A DNA stretch of 48,217 nucleotides from Faecousia sp. (GTDB lineage Bacteria; Bacillota; Clostridia; Oscillospirales; Oscillospiraceae), in the NCBI GenBank assembly GCA_045601675.1, contig JAZSAB010000004.1:1-48217 (forward strand). The letters are read 5' to 3'. Numbering within the stretch: the first letter of the stretch is position 1; every line of letters begins with the position of its first letter. The notes under the pieces were generated by a model, which was not told the DNA's origin, made no database searches, and saw only the letters and a list, made by a program, of their open reading frames with translations. Both the position numbers and the translations under genes were made by a program. Of the stretch, positions 1-8,614 are shown piece after piece.

Positions 1-428
1 ATCTCCGCCTCGTTGAGAATATCCAGCTTGCCATCACCGATGATGTCGATGTCCGCCTGATAAAATTCACGGAAGCGACCCCGCTGGGCGCGCTCACCCC
101 GATAGACCTTGCTGATCTGGTAGCGGCGGAAGGGGAAGCTCAGGTCGTTGTAATGCAGCGCCACATATTTTGCAAGAGGCACGGTCAGGTCGAAACGGAG
201 CGCCAGGTCACTGTCGCCCTTTTGGAAGCGGTAGATCTGCTTTTCTGTTTCGCCGCCGCCCTTGGCAAGGAGGATGCGGGCATCCTCGATGGCGGGGGTG
301 TCCAGCGGCGCAAAGCCGTAAAGGCTATAGGTATCCCGGAGCACTGCCATCATTTTTTCCAGCTTTGCCTGCTTCTGGGGCAGCAGCTCCATAAAACCGG
401 ACAGGGTCCGGGGTTTGATTCGTTCCAT
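1..428 (-). CDS. hisS: Histidyl-tRNA synthetase, 5' part (runs off the window edge)
   Basis: Manual translation from ATG at 428: [17 protein letters not shown]...[14 protein letters not shown]...[30 protein letters not shown], which carries the HisRS class II motifs. Not in the supplied ORF track. Confidence 0.95.
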   Translation of the reverse strand, partial: MERIKPRTLSGFMELLPQKQAKLEKMMAVLRDTYSLYGFAPLDTPAIEDARILLAKGGGETEKQIYRFQKGDSDLALRFDLTVPLAKYVALHYNDLSFPFRRYQISKVYRGERAQRGRFREFYQADIDIIGDGKLDILNEAE

Positions 429-446
429 AGTAATTTTCCTTAATGC

Positions 447-869
447 TTAGTATTTGGGTTTGTTGTGATACATCTCACGCCAATCCAGGTCGCCTCTCTG
501 CAGACCCAGTACGAACATCTCCGCGCTGCCCAGGTTGGTAGCGATGGGGACATTGTGGCGGTCGCAATGGCGGATGGTTTCGATCAGCTGCATATCGTCC
601 CAATGATCGTTGGTATTGGGATCGTTGAAAAGCAGCACCAAATCAAATTCGTTGTACGCAATGCGGGCGTTGATCTGCTGATGTCCGCCCTGCTTATGGG
701 AAAGAAGCATATTGATGGGCAGGCCGGTATTGTCCGCGATCAGCCGTCCGGTGGTGGCTGTTGCAAACAGATTATGCTTTGCGAGAATACTCTTATAGGC
801 GGTACAGAACTGAACCATCAGTTCTTTTTTCTTATCGTGGGCAAGAAACGCTATGTTCACAGCAGTCAT
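447..869 (-). CDS. mgsA: Methylglyoxal synthase-family protein with degenerate active-site motif
   Basis: IAFLAHDKKK, ATATTG and PIATN match the MGS family; the GGDQQ motif appears as GGHQQ. Confidence 0.85.
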   Translation of the reverse strand: MTAVNIAFLAHDKKKELMVQFCTAYKSILAKHNLFATATTGRLIADNTGLPINMLLSHKQGGHQQINARIAYNEFDLVLLFNDPNTNDHWDDMQLIETIRHCDRHNVPIATNLGSAEMFVLGLQRGDLDWREMYHNKPKY

Positions 870-883
870 CTCCTTTTTATATT

Positions 884-1618
884 TTAAATTTTAATTTTTA
901 CGGTATGTCCCTGAAGGCGGCGGGCGATGCGCTTGCAGGCAGCCGACGCGCCTTTTCTTGTATATGTAAGTAAGGGGATGCGGAATGCGGCGGCCAGCAG
1001 CACATTGCCGTCCTCAGGCACAACGCCCAAAAGGGGCAGACCTGCGCTGTCCATAACATCGTCCACAGTCCAGTTCATAAAGGATACTACCTTTTTGCTG
1101 ACCCGGTTGACGATCAAGCGTACATCCGTCTTCCCCATCAGCTCCAGCACCTCGCCTGCCCGAGCGGCATCCCGCACGGCAGCAGGATCTGCGCCGGTGA
1201 CTAAGATCGCCCGGTCCGCATACTTTGCAGCCAAGTCAAAGCCTGCGTCCAGACCGGCAGGAGCATCTAAGAAGATATAGCTAAACTCCTCCCTTGCGCG
1301 CCGCAGCATCTGCAGGAAGGACTCGTGATCGATATCCTGAGCGCTTGCGCGGACAGGGGCAGTGAGGAAGTACAGATTGGGGAAAGAAATATGCTGGGTC
1401 GCCATCTGCAGACCGTAGCCATCACGGCAGACTTCCAGGAAAGAGAGCGCGTTTTCTTCGCTCATACCCAAGGCAATATCCAGATTCCGCAGACCGATAT
1501 CGCAATCGATACACAGGACCTTCTCGCCGGAAAGCGCAAGGGCAGATGCGATGCCGGCGCACAGGGTAGTCTTACCCGTTCCGCCTTTGCCGGAAAGGAC
1601 TGTAATGAGTTCGCCCAC
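884..1618 (-). CDS. minD: Septum site-determining ATPase MinD
   Basis: Deviant Walker A SGKGGTGKTT, DCDIGLRNLD, DAPAG; GTG start with AGGAGG SD. Confidence 0.9.
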   Translation of the reverse strand: MGELITVLSGKGGTGKTTLCAGIASALALSGEKVLCIDCDIGLRNLDIALGMSEENALSFLEVCRDGYGLQMATQHISFPNLYFLTAPVRASAQDIDHESFLQMLRRAREEFSYIFLDAPAGLDAGFDLAAKYADRAILVTGADPAAVRDAARAGEVLELMGKTDVRLIVNRVSKKVVSFMNWTVDDVMDSAGLPLLGVVPEDGNVLLAAAFRIPLLTYTRKGASAACKRIARRLQGHTVKIKI

Positions 1619-1648
1619 AGCGTTTCCCTCCTAACCCAATATAGAGCC

Positions 1649-1677
1649 ATTATAAAGGAATATCCCACAAAAATCAA
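1649..1677 (-). promoter_or_regulatory. Putative sigmaA promoter for minD-mgsA-hisS
   Basis: Minus strand TTGATT-N17-TATAAT. Confidence 0.55.
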
Positions 1678-1803
1678 GTGTATTTTCCTTTGATTTTCAA
1701 TGGTTTTTCAGCATTTTCAACAAAAGGTTGCCCATTTTGTCCGTTCAGGCAACACAGCTGTCTGTAATTACCCTCTTTTTTCTCTAAATTTTGCAAAAAG
1801 GGA

Positions 1804-1832
1804 TTTACAAATGCGCACTGATGGTGTATGAT
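1804..1832 (+). promoter_or_regulatory. SigmaA promoter of the THF riboswitch/folT transcript
   Basis: TTTACA-N17-TATGAT, 9 nt before the aptamer. Confidence 0.7.
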
Positions 1833-1841
1833 ACATGCGAA

Positions 1842-1934
1842 CAGAGTAGGAGACCTTGCGTAAAGTGCTGCCAAAATGGGGAGTTGTCTGGCAGACGAAG
1901 GAATCATTCCGCGATAAGGTATCCGCACCCGCTG
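1842..1934 (+). ncRNA. THF (tetrahydrofolate) riboswitch aptamer
   Basis: CAGAGTAGG...GCGTAAAGTG...ATGGGGAGTTG...ACGAAG...GCG...GCACCCGCTG follows the THF consensus and lies upstream of a folate ECF S-component. Confidence 0.9.
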
Positions 1935-2017
1935 CCATATTGGACCACCTCCATTATGAAAGGCGATACTCGGTCAGACGAATCCGTCGGCTGATTTTGC
2001 TGCTTTGTGCTTTTACT

Positions 2018-2050
2018 CCCCTTACGCTATGCGTAGGGGGCTTTTTATTT
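2018..2050 (+). terminator. Intrinsic terminator (riboswitch expression platform)
   Basis: CCCCTTACGC-TAT-GCGTAGGGGG followed by CTTTTTATTT. Confidence 0.8.
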
Positions 2051-2097
2051 GAGCTGCAGGCAGACCGACGATCGTTTCCATTAAGGAGGTTATTTTT

Positions 2098-3198
2098 ATG
2101 TCAAGAACTGCAAAATCCCGAACGCTCTATCCCCATCCTTTCTCCAAAGCCTACTGGCAGGATGCCGCCGCGGAATTAAAGGACATCAAAATGCTGGTGA
2201 TCACCGCGCTGATGATCGCTCTGCGTATCGCGCTGAAGCCCTTTGCCATCTACATAGGACCCCAGATGGCGATTCAGACCGCCACCCTGGCAACCGCGCT
2301 GGGCGCTATGGTCTTCGGACCGGTAGTGGCGATCCCCGCCGCCATCATTTCGGACACCGTTGGCTTTATGATCTTCCCCACCGGCGATTACTTCCTGCCC
2401 TTTATGCTCACGGAGATCGCAAGCACGATGATCTATGCCCTGTGTCTGTACCGGGCAAAGCCCAGTGCCACCCGTGTGATCATCGCAAGATTCCTCATTT
2501 GCTTCCTGGTAAATGTGGTGCTGCAGCAGCTGATCTTCGCATGGCAGTATACTTATATGGGTAACCCCGAAAAGGCAAAAGAGTCCATTATGGGCATTAC
2601 CACTATGGCCCGCATTTTCAAGAACCTGTTCTTCTTCCCCATCGAGTCTGTTGTCATCACATTGTTCCTGCGGGTACTGGTGCCTGTCACCGCCCGGGCA
2701 AAGCTGACCTACGATGCAAGCGCAAACCTGCGCTTCAGCAAAAAGCAGGTGGCTGCCCTGGTGCTCCTGCTTGTTGTGGGCGTTGGCAGCGCTGTCGGAT
2801 ACCTTACATACCGCTACACCGACACTTCCCGCAGTGCCGACTATACCGACAAGCAGCGTGTAAAGGCCAACAAAGAAATGGCCGCTCTGGTGCTGGAAAA
2901 GACCGACGATTGGGACGACGAGAAGGTCTTCTGCGTGGTAGACAGTGCGTTCCGTCCTATGTTTGAGGACGAGACCGACTACACCGTAGCCGTCTACACC
3001 CTGGACGAAGCTGCCTTTGCTGCCGGTCAGGCTGCAGAAAAGGACTACGACGAAGACACCCTTTGGGGCTACTCCAAGAGCGGTCCGAAGAAGGACAAGT
3101 ACCAGTCCCTTATCAAGGTGGCATCTGTTGCCATCGTAAAGAACGAAAAGACCGGAGAGATCCTTTCCTTTGAGCTGACTCCGGAAGCCGCACAATAA
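2098..3198 (+). CDS. folT: Folate ECF transporter S component with an extra C-terminal TM and soluble domain
   Basis: Hydrophobic N-terminal ~200 aa (ALMIALRIAL, GMVFGP-like GAMVFGP, SDTVGF, YFLPFMLTE) downstream of the THF riboswitch; AAGGAGGT SD. Confidence 0.85.
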   Translation: MSRTAKSRTLYPHPFSKAYWQDAAAELKDIKMLVITALMIALRIALKPFAIYIGPQMAIQTATLATALGAMVFGPVVAIPAAIISDTVGFMIFPTGDYFLPFMLTEIASTMIYALCLYRAKPSATRVIIARFLICFLVNVVLQQLIFAWQYTYMGNPEKAKESIMGITTMARIFKNLFFFPIESVVITLFLRVLVPVTARAKLTYDASANLRFSKKQVAALVLLLVVGVGSAVGYLTYRYTDTSRSADYTDKQRVKANKEMAALVLEKTDDWDDEKVFCVVDSAFRPMFEDETDYTVAVYTLDEAAFAAGQAAEKDYDEDTLWGYSKSGPKKDKYQSLIKVASVAIVKNEKTGEILSFELTPEAAQ

Positions 3199-3203
3199 TT
3201 CTT

Positions 3204-3233
3204 AAGGGAAGAGGCAATGCCTCTTCCCTTTTT
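3204..3233 (+). terminator. Intrinsic terminator after folT
   Basis: AAGGGAAGAGGC-AAT-GCCTCTTCCCTT followed by T run. Confidence 0.8.
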
Positions 3234-3235
3234 GT

Positions 3236-3264
3236 TTGACATCTACCCTACTTCCCGATATAAT
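3236..3264 (+). promoter_or_regulatory. Consensus sigmaA promoter
   Basis: TTGACA-N17-TATAAT. Confidence 0.8.
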
Positions 3265-3291
3265 AAAAGAAAAACGAAAAGGAGAATTCCT

Positions 3292-3702
3292 ATGCATATC
3301 GGACACGATCATATTGGCGGCCACTGCCACGACCATGAGCATGCCCATACCCACGAGCACACCCACGACGGTGTCGCCCACACCCATGAGCATACCCACA
3401 GCCATTCCCACGATCATCTCCACAGGGCGGCCGATGCCCATACCCACTCCCACGACTGCGGCGGTCAGTGCGCAGGCTGCGCATCCGCCTGTCAGCACAC
3501 TCCCATGGAGGAGCTGCTGGCACTGATGAAGTATATGGCAGGTCACAACGCAAGCCACGCAAACGAACTGGCGCAGCTTGCCGTTCAGCTGGAAAAGGCC
3601 GGCAGCCACGCCGCTTACGAGCAGGTCATGGCAGCGGTTTCCGATTTTGAAAAGGGCAATATGCGGCTGCAGGCAGTGCTTGCAAGCCTGGATGTAAAGT
3701 AA
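3292..3702 (+). CDS. His/Cys-rich putative metal (Ni/Co)-binding protein
   Basis: Start at ATG 3292 (AAGGAG SD); N-terminal HxHxH tract, CGGQCAGCASAC, helical C-terminus with HNASHANE. Confidence 0.75.
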   Translation: MHIGHDHIGGHCHDHEHAHTHEHTHDGVAHTHEHTHSHSHDHLHRAADAHTHSHDCGGQCAGCASACQHTPMEELLALMKYMAGHNASHANELAQLAVQLEKAGSHAAYEQVMAAVSDFEKGNMRLQAVLASLDVK

Positions 3703-3712
3703 GGAGAAAAAT

Positions 3713-3901
3713 ATGTGTCTTTCTACGGTTTATAAGAACAAAAAAGATCCGGAATCCATCGTGATGAAAAACGTAATGCTTTTGGAGTGCAAGGATGGTA
3801 TGGTGATCCTCACGGATCTCATGGAACGCACCGTTGCCATTGAGGGCACTTTAGAGCAGGCAAACTTAGTGGATGGCTATGTCATCGTAAAGGAAGCTTG
3901 A
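3713..3901 (+). CDS. cooT: CooT-family nickel-binding protein
   Basis: 62 aa, MCLSTVY N-terminus with the conserved Cys2, beta-rich pattern. Confidence 0.75.
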   Translation: MCLSTVYKNKKDPESIVMKNVMLLECKDGMVILTDLMERTVAIEGTLEQANLVDGYVIVKEA

Positions 3902-3914
3902 TTGGAAATACGGT

Positions 3915-3949
3915 AAAAGGCGTGCTGCTTATCGCAGCACGCCCTTTTT
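3915..3949. terminator. Bidirectional intrinsic terminator
   Basis: AAAAGGCGTGCTGC...GCAGCACGCCCTTTTT between convergent genes. Confidence 0.8.
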
Positions 3950-3965
3950 AGTATGAAAACTTCCC

Positions 3966-4814
3966 TCACTTTTTCGGCTGATACCGCATATCGCTGACGG
4001 AGTAGACCGTCACAAACGCCTTGGGGTCTGTCTTGCGGACAAAGTCCATAAGCCTGCGGTACTCCTGCTTATCCACAATGGTAATGACCTCTCGGCGGGG
4101 AGTATTGTCGTAGGCGCCGATGATCTCATTGATCGTAGCGCCGCTGTGCAGTTCCTTGAGAATAAACTCCACGAACTCGTCCAGCTTAGGAGAGATGATG
4201 CAGACCCGGCGCTTGATGTTCAGACCAAAGATGAAATGGTCCACGATCATACCGCCGAAATAGGTACCCAGCACACTGATGACCACGGTCTTCGCGTCAC
4301 AGCAAAGGGCAGAAGACAGCGCAACCAAAATACCGGAAACAGACATGGCTCTTCCCATATCCATCCGCAGGTACTTGTTCATCAGCTTTGCCACGATATC
4401 CAGACCGCCGGAGGATGCATTGTAGGAAAACAGCAGCATCAGACCCACGCCCACCACTAAGATGTAGCAGATCACATCCAAAAGCGGATCCTGGGTAATG
4501 GACTGGAAATTGGGGAAGATCCGTTCGTAGATACCCATCACCACGGGCATCAAAACGGCGCAGTAGATGGTCTTTCCGCCAAACTCCGGACCGATCAGCA
4601 AAAAGCCGATGATCAGCAGCACCACATTTAAAAGGAGCGTGATGGTAGAAACAGAAAGCGGAATAAAGTTACTGATCACCATGGCAAGGGCAGCGCCGCT
4701 GCCTACGGAAACATGGCTGGGCAGCATAAAGAAGAACACCGCTGTTGCCACGATGATATCGCCTATGGTGATGATAGCAAACTCTTTTAGTTTTTCTTTC
4801 GTAAAGAATTTCAT
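3966..4814 (-). CDS. YitT-family membrane protein
   Basis: SSGGLDIVA motif, C-terminal DUF2179-like GAY...DPKAFVTV. Confidence 0.85.
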   Translation of the reverse strand: MKFFTKEKLKEFAIITIGDIIVATAVFFFMLPSHVSVGSGAALAMVISNFIPLSVSTITLLLNVVLLIIGFLLIGPEFGGKTIYCAVLMPVVMGIYERIFPNFQSITQDPLLDVICYILVVGVGLMLLFSYNASSGGLDIVAKLMNKYLRMDMGRAMSVSGILVALSSALCCDAKTVVISVLGTYFGGMIVDHFIFGLNIKRRVCIISPKLDEFVEFILKELHSGATINEIIGAYDNTPRREVITIVDKQEYRRLMDFVRKTDPKAFVTVYSVSDMRYQPKK

Positions 4815-5023
4815 ATAAGCTTATCCTTTCGGCGCTCCCGCGCCAAAATATCCACCGTTTTCTCCGTCTTCTAAAGAGCAAGGGAATAGGGCCAGCCCTT
4901 CTTTTATGTGAAAAGGGATGCTGACGCCCAGTCATAGAAAAATGTGGTTAGACTGAGTATCTGATGTCAAAGCTATCATAACACATCACCGGGGAAATGC
5001 AATCTTTTCCCGGTAGATTTTAC

Positions 5024-5061
5024 AAAAAAATGCAGGGAATCTCTCAAAGAGATTCCCTGCA
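5024..5061 (-). terminator. Terminator of the ABC sugar operon
   Basis: TGCAGGGAATCTC/GAGATTCCCTGCA stem with T7 on the minus strand. Confidence 0.8.
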
Positions 5062-5108
5062 CCCCGCTTTGCGGAAAAAAGAGGTAGACATGAAGAAAAC
5101 TTCCGTTT

Positions 5109-5741
5109 TTAATCGGCTTTCTCCTCTTTCGGCGTTTCCAGCTTCTTGAATACCGGATCATAGAGCATTACACGCAAAAACGCGCTGAGGCTTACGGCAA
5201 ACAGCAGAAATACCGGAACCATCGCCGGGGAGAGTGCCAAAAGCAGATACGGCAATATCGTCAGTGCCATCATTGCCAGCGACCGGATCGGATGGGCAAC
5301 GCAAGCCGCAAAGGTGGTCTTTACCGTCCCCCAAACCGTGTTCGTATACCGGGACAGCAAGGCGAACACCCAGGATAGGCTCAATCCGCCAATAAGCGCC
5401 AGGAACGGAACGGCATAAAGCACAATGCGTAAAATCCCGGTTTCCGTCCGGCTTGCAAGCTGATAATCCAAAAGCAGGAGCAAAAAGTACAAAAGATACC
5501 CAACCGTCAGCACAATGCCCTGCTTCAGATTACCCACAAAGGAGTGGAAGAAATCACGGAGCAGTCCGCTTCCCTCGTTGCGGTAGATCCGCAGAAGCAC
5601 GTAGTGCATAGCGGAAAATGCCGGTCCGATGGTCACGATGGGAATACAACATACCAACGTCAGCACATTCAGCAGAATAAGGTCAGCAGCCTTATAAAGG
5701 AACTGCATAAACTTACTGTTGATGTCGAAAAGACCTCCCAT
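5109..5741 (-). CDS. YesL/DUF624-family membrane protein
   Basis: LNVLTLVCCIPIVTIGPAFSA...FFHSFVGNLKQG; typical companion of sugar ABC operons. Confidence 0.85.
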   Translation of the reverse strand: MGGLFDINSKFMQFLYKAADLILLNVLTLVCCIPIVTIGPAFSAMHYVLLRIYRNEGSGLLRDFFHSFVGNLKQGIVLTVGYLLYFLLLLLDYQLASRTETGILRIVLYAVPFLALIGGLSLSWVFALLSRYTNTVWGTVKTTFAACVAHPIRSLAMMALTILPYLLLALSPAMVPVFLLFAVSLSAFLRVMLYDPVFKKLETPKEEKAD

Positions 5742-5805
5742 CGTTCTCCCTCCGTTTCTTAGAAATCAGGGGGCTGCAAGCAGCCCTCTGACTTTGAAAG
5801 TATAA

Positions 5806-7599
5806 TTAGTTGTTAGCTGCGTAGTAGTCAGCGTAGATCTTGACGTACTCGTCAGCGCCCAGACCCTTCAGCTCGTTGAAGTAGTCATTAATTTCGCTCA
5901 GGTCGCGCTTACCGGTGATGAACTTAGCGATCTCGTTGGACGCATGGTCTCTGATCAGAGTGTACAGGTCAGCAATCCGGTCAGTGGTCTCCTGGTCGAA
6001 GTAGCAAACTCTGGGAGACATCTCATCGGTGATGTAACGGCCCCAGGTGTTGTTCTGGCTGTACTGCCAGTGGTCGTTGAAGTTGCCGTAGGTCTTACGG
6101 TTGTTGTCTGCCATTTCCTTAACATCGGTCTCGGGCAGGACAAACTCGACCAGCTTGGAGTTGAGGTTCTCGTCAGCCTCGGTCTCTCTGTAGGCTGCGT
6201 AGAAGGACAGGTTCTTCCACAGGCTGATGTGGGTGGTACGGAAGTTCAGCACGGAGCCGTACTTCTCGGGATCTGCGTCAAAGCCTGCGTAGTTATAGCC
6301 GTAGTGCTCGGGATCATCATCCCAGTACCAGCCGGTGGTCTTGTCCAGGAACAGGTCTTCCTGCTTCACGGAAGGTCCGAGGTTGACCAGTCTGTGGATA
6401 GCGGGATCGGGGCTAAAGAAGAAGTCTGCCAGAGCAACGCACAGCTCGGGATACTCGGTGTCGGCGCTGACAACAAAGTTACCAACGGAGGTATAGCCGT
6501 AGTTGGGCCAGAAAGGAGTATCGTTAAACTCACTGGTCAGAGGCACGCCGCCCCACCATTCGTTGTTGAACTCAACGCCGCCGTACAGGCCGGGAACCTG
6601 GCTGAACACAGCATACTTACCAGCGGACAGGTGTGCACGGGTGGTATCCTTTTCCAGGGTGTAGAAGTCCTCTTCCATCAGACCTTCGCTGTGGAGGGTG
6701 TGCATAACTTCCAGATACTTGGGGAATGCTTCCTGATCGTAGCAGGTCAGAACAACCTCGCCGTCACGCAGGGCAATATTGGTCTCCTGGCATGCCTCGC
6801 TGGCGCCGGTGGAGTAGTTGAAGCCCAGAGCGTTCAGGATCAAGTAAGTGCCGTTGTGGTTTGCGAAGTTGCCGCCGAAGGGAACGATGCCCAGGTCGTT
6901 GGCGTCGCTGTACTTCTTGATGGTGCGGAGCATCTCCACAAACTCATCCAGAGTTTCGGGAACCTTGGTAACGCCGGCCTTTTCCATGATGTCGTAGTTA
7001 TAGAACATACGCAGGCAGCCGGAGTTGTCAATACGCTCGGAGAAGTTGCCGATGGAGAAGACCTGACCATTGGCATTGGTCAGACTCTTCAAATAAGCAG
7101 GGTATTCCTTAGCAACTGCCATAATGTTGGGAGCGTTCTCCTCGTTGAGGTAGGGAGCCAGGTCCAGCAGTTGCTCGCCGATCTCGCCGTAGCGGGTCAG
7201 CTTAACGGTGTCGAAGCCCAGGCCGATCATGATGTCGGGCAGGTTGCCGTCGTTCATCATCAGGGAAAGGTTTTCCTCGCGGGTGCTCTCATAAAAGGTC
7301 TCCAGCTTGACCTTGATGCCCAGCTTCTCCTGCAGGAATGCCATCATCCAGCTATCTTCGGGCTTGGTGTTGACATCATCGCAAACCACTGCGATGCGCA
7401 GGGTGATATCCTCGGTAACCAGAGGCATCTGGCCTACCTGCAGATAAGAGGGGAGGCTGCTTGCGCTGCCGCTCTCAGTGGGGGGTGTTGTGCCGTTGTC
7501 GGTTGCGGGGGGAGTGGGTTCCTTAGGACCGCAAGCAACCAGAGCTGCCACCATCATCAGTGCAAGCACCAGGCACAGGATTCTCTTTACGTTTTTCAT
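5806..7599 (-). CDS. Carbohydrate ABC transporter substrate-binding lipoprotein
   Basis: Start re-assigned to MKNVKR (7599, AAAGGAG SD); lipobox LVAC, Pro/Thr linker, LPDIM, LLDLAPY, PETLDEF. Confidence 0.9.
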   Translation of the reverse strand: MKNVKRILCLVLALMMVAALVACGPKEPTPPATDNGTTPPTESGSASSLPSYLQVGQMPLVTEDITLRIAVVCDDVNTKPEDSWMMAFLQEKLGIKVKLETFYESTREENLSLMMNDGNLPDIMIGLGFDTVKLTRYGEIGEQLLDLAPYLNEENAPNIMAVAKEYPAYLKSLTNANGQVFSIGNFSERIDNSGCLRMFYNYDIMEKAGVTKVPETLDEFVEMLRTIKKYSDANDLGIVPFGGNFANHNGTYLILNALGFNYSTGASEACQETNIALRDGEVVLTCYDQEAFPKYLEVMHTLHSEGLMEEDFYTLEKDTTRAHLSAGKYAVFSQVPGLYGGVEFNNEWWGGVPLTSEFNDTPFWPNYGYTSVGNFVVSADTEYPELCVALADFFFSPDPAIHRLVNLGPSVKQEDLFLDKTTGWYWDDDPEHYGYNYAGFDADPEKYGSVLNFRTTHISLWKNLSFYAAYRETEADENLNSKLVEFVLPETDVKEMADNNRKTYGNFNDHWQYSQNNTWGRYITDEMSPRVCYFDQETTDRIADLYTLIRDHASNEIAKFITGKRDLSEINDYFNELKGLGADEYVKIYADYYAANN

Positions 7600-7667
7600 T
7601 TTGGTTCTCCTTTCAATTTTGGGTTTTTCTATGTTACAGCGGAACGCAAACCGCTGCAAGATACCTT

Positions 7668-8603
7668 TTAGCCCTTCACAGAGCCGATCATCACGCCCTG
7701 GGTAAAGTACTTACTTACGAAGGGATAGAGGACCAGCATAGGCAGGGATGCCACTAAGATGATGGCATACTTCATAGCACGCACCAGATACATCTTCTTC
7801 ATAAGGTAATTCGTATCCGCGGTACTGATGCTGCTGAGCAGATCGCCGATGGCGTTTTCATTTTCGATAAGGAGCTGACGCAGCACAAGCTGTAGAGGCC
7901 ACATCTCCTGGTCACGCAGGTAAAGCAGCGCGCCGTAGTAGCTGTTCCAGCTGCCAAATGCATAGTAAAGCATAATGACCGCCACAATGGGTTTTGCCAG
8001 AGGCAGAGCCACAGATATAAACTGACGGAAATCACCTGCGCCGTCCAGCTCCGATGCCTCATACAATTCGCTGGGGATAGAGGAGGAGAAGTACTGCCGG
8101 ACGATCATCAAATAGTATGCACTGACACCAGCGCCGATGATCATAGACAGAGGACTTCCCACGAGACCCAGCTTCTTCATCCAAATGTATGTAGGGATGG
8201 TGCCGCCGCCGATATACATAGTCAGGAAGAAGTACCACAGGATAAACTTCTTGCCGGGCAGACGGGACTTGGAGCAGACATAGCCTGCGGGGATGGTCAA
8301 CACCAGATTGTACAGGGTGCTGAGGACCATATAAATAAAGGAGTTCTTATAGCCGGACAGGAGAAGCTCTTCCTTTAGGATCTCCTCATAGGCTACTGTT
8401 GTGAATCCCTTGAACCAGAGGATGGTATCACCCATCGCCACCGCATCCGGGTCGGAAAAAGAAGCCACGATACAGAAATAGAGGGGATACGCGATTACCA
8501 AGGTAAGAATAGCCACAGTGGCATAGATCACCACAGTGTATGCCCTGGAAGCCACGTCCTGCTTAATGTGGTTACGCACTTTATTCTTTGTTAAAACAGC
8601 CAT
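7668..8603 (-). CDS. Carbohydrate ABC transporter permease
   Basis: EAA-like loop ELYEASELDGAG; ends FTQGVMIGSVKG; start at MAVLTK. Confidence 0.9.
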   Translation of the reverse strand: MAVLTKNKVRNHIKQDVASRAYTVVIYATVAILTLVIAYPLYFCIVASFSDPDAVAMGDTILWFKGFTTVAYEEILKEELLLSGYKNSFIYMVLSTLYNLVLTIPAGYVCSKSRLPGKKFILWYFFLTMYIGGGTIPTYIWMKKLGLVGSPLSMIIGAGVSAYYLMIVRQYFSSSIPSELYEASELDGAGDFRQFISVALPLAKPIVAVIMLYYAFGSWNSYYGALLYLRDQEMWPLQLVLRQLLIENENAIGDLLSSISTADTNYLMKKMYLVRAMKYAIILVASLPMLVLYPFVSKYFTQGVMIGSVKG

Positions 8604-8614
8604 ATTGCCCCTCC

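Noticed and set aside
153-443. Plus-strand ORFs of 96 and 74 aa
   Set aside because: Antisense to hisS, which has clear HisRS motifs.
1956-1994. Mini-ORF MKGDTRSDESVG in the folT leader
   Set aside because: No SD (it is preceded by an anti-SD-like ACCTCC); better explained as riboswitch platform.
4820-4875. Glycine-riboswitch-like fragments (GGAGA...CGCCGAAAGG) upstream of yitT
   Set aside because: Lacks the downstream CTCTCAGG element and the tandem aptamer.
5944-7671. 575-aa plus-strand ORF (also 2176-3195, 21507-22709, 30157-31320, 39007-40167, 45065-46372)
   Set aside because: Antisense shadows of well-supported genes; codon bias suppresses stop codons on the opposite strand.
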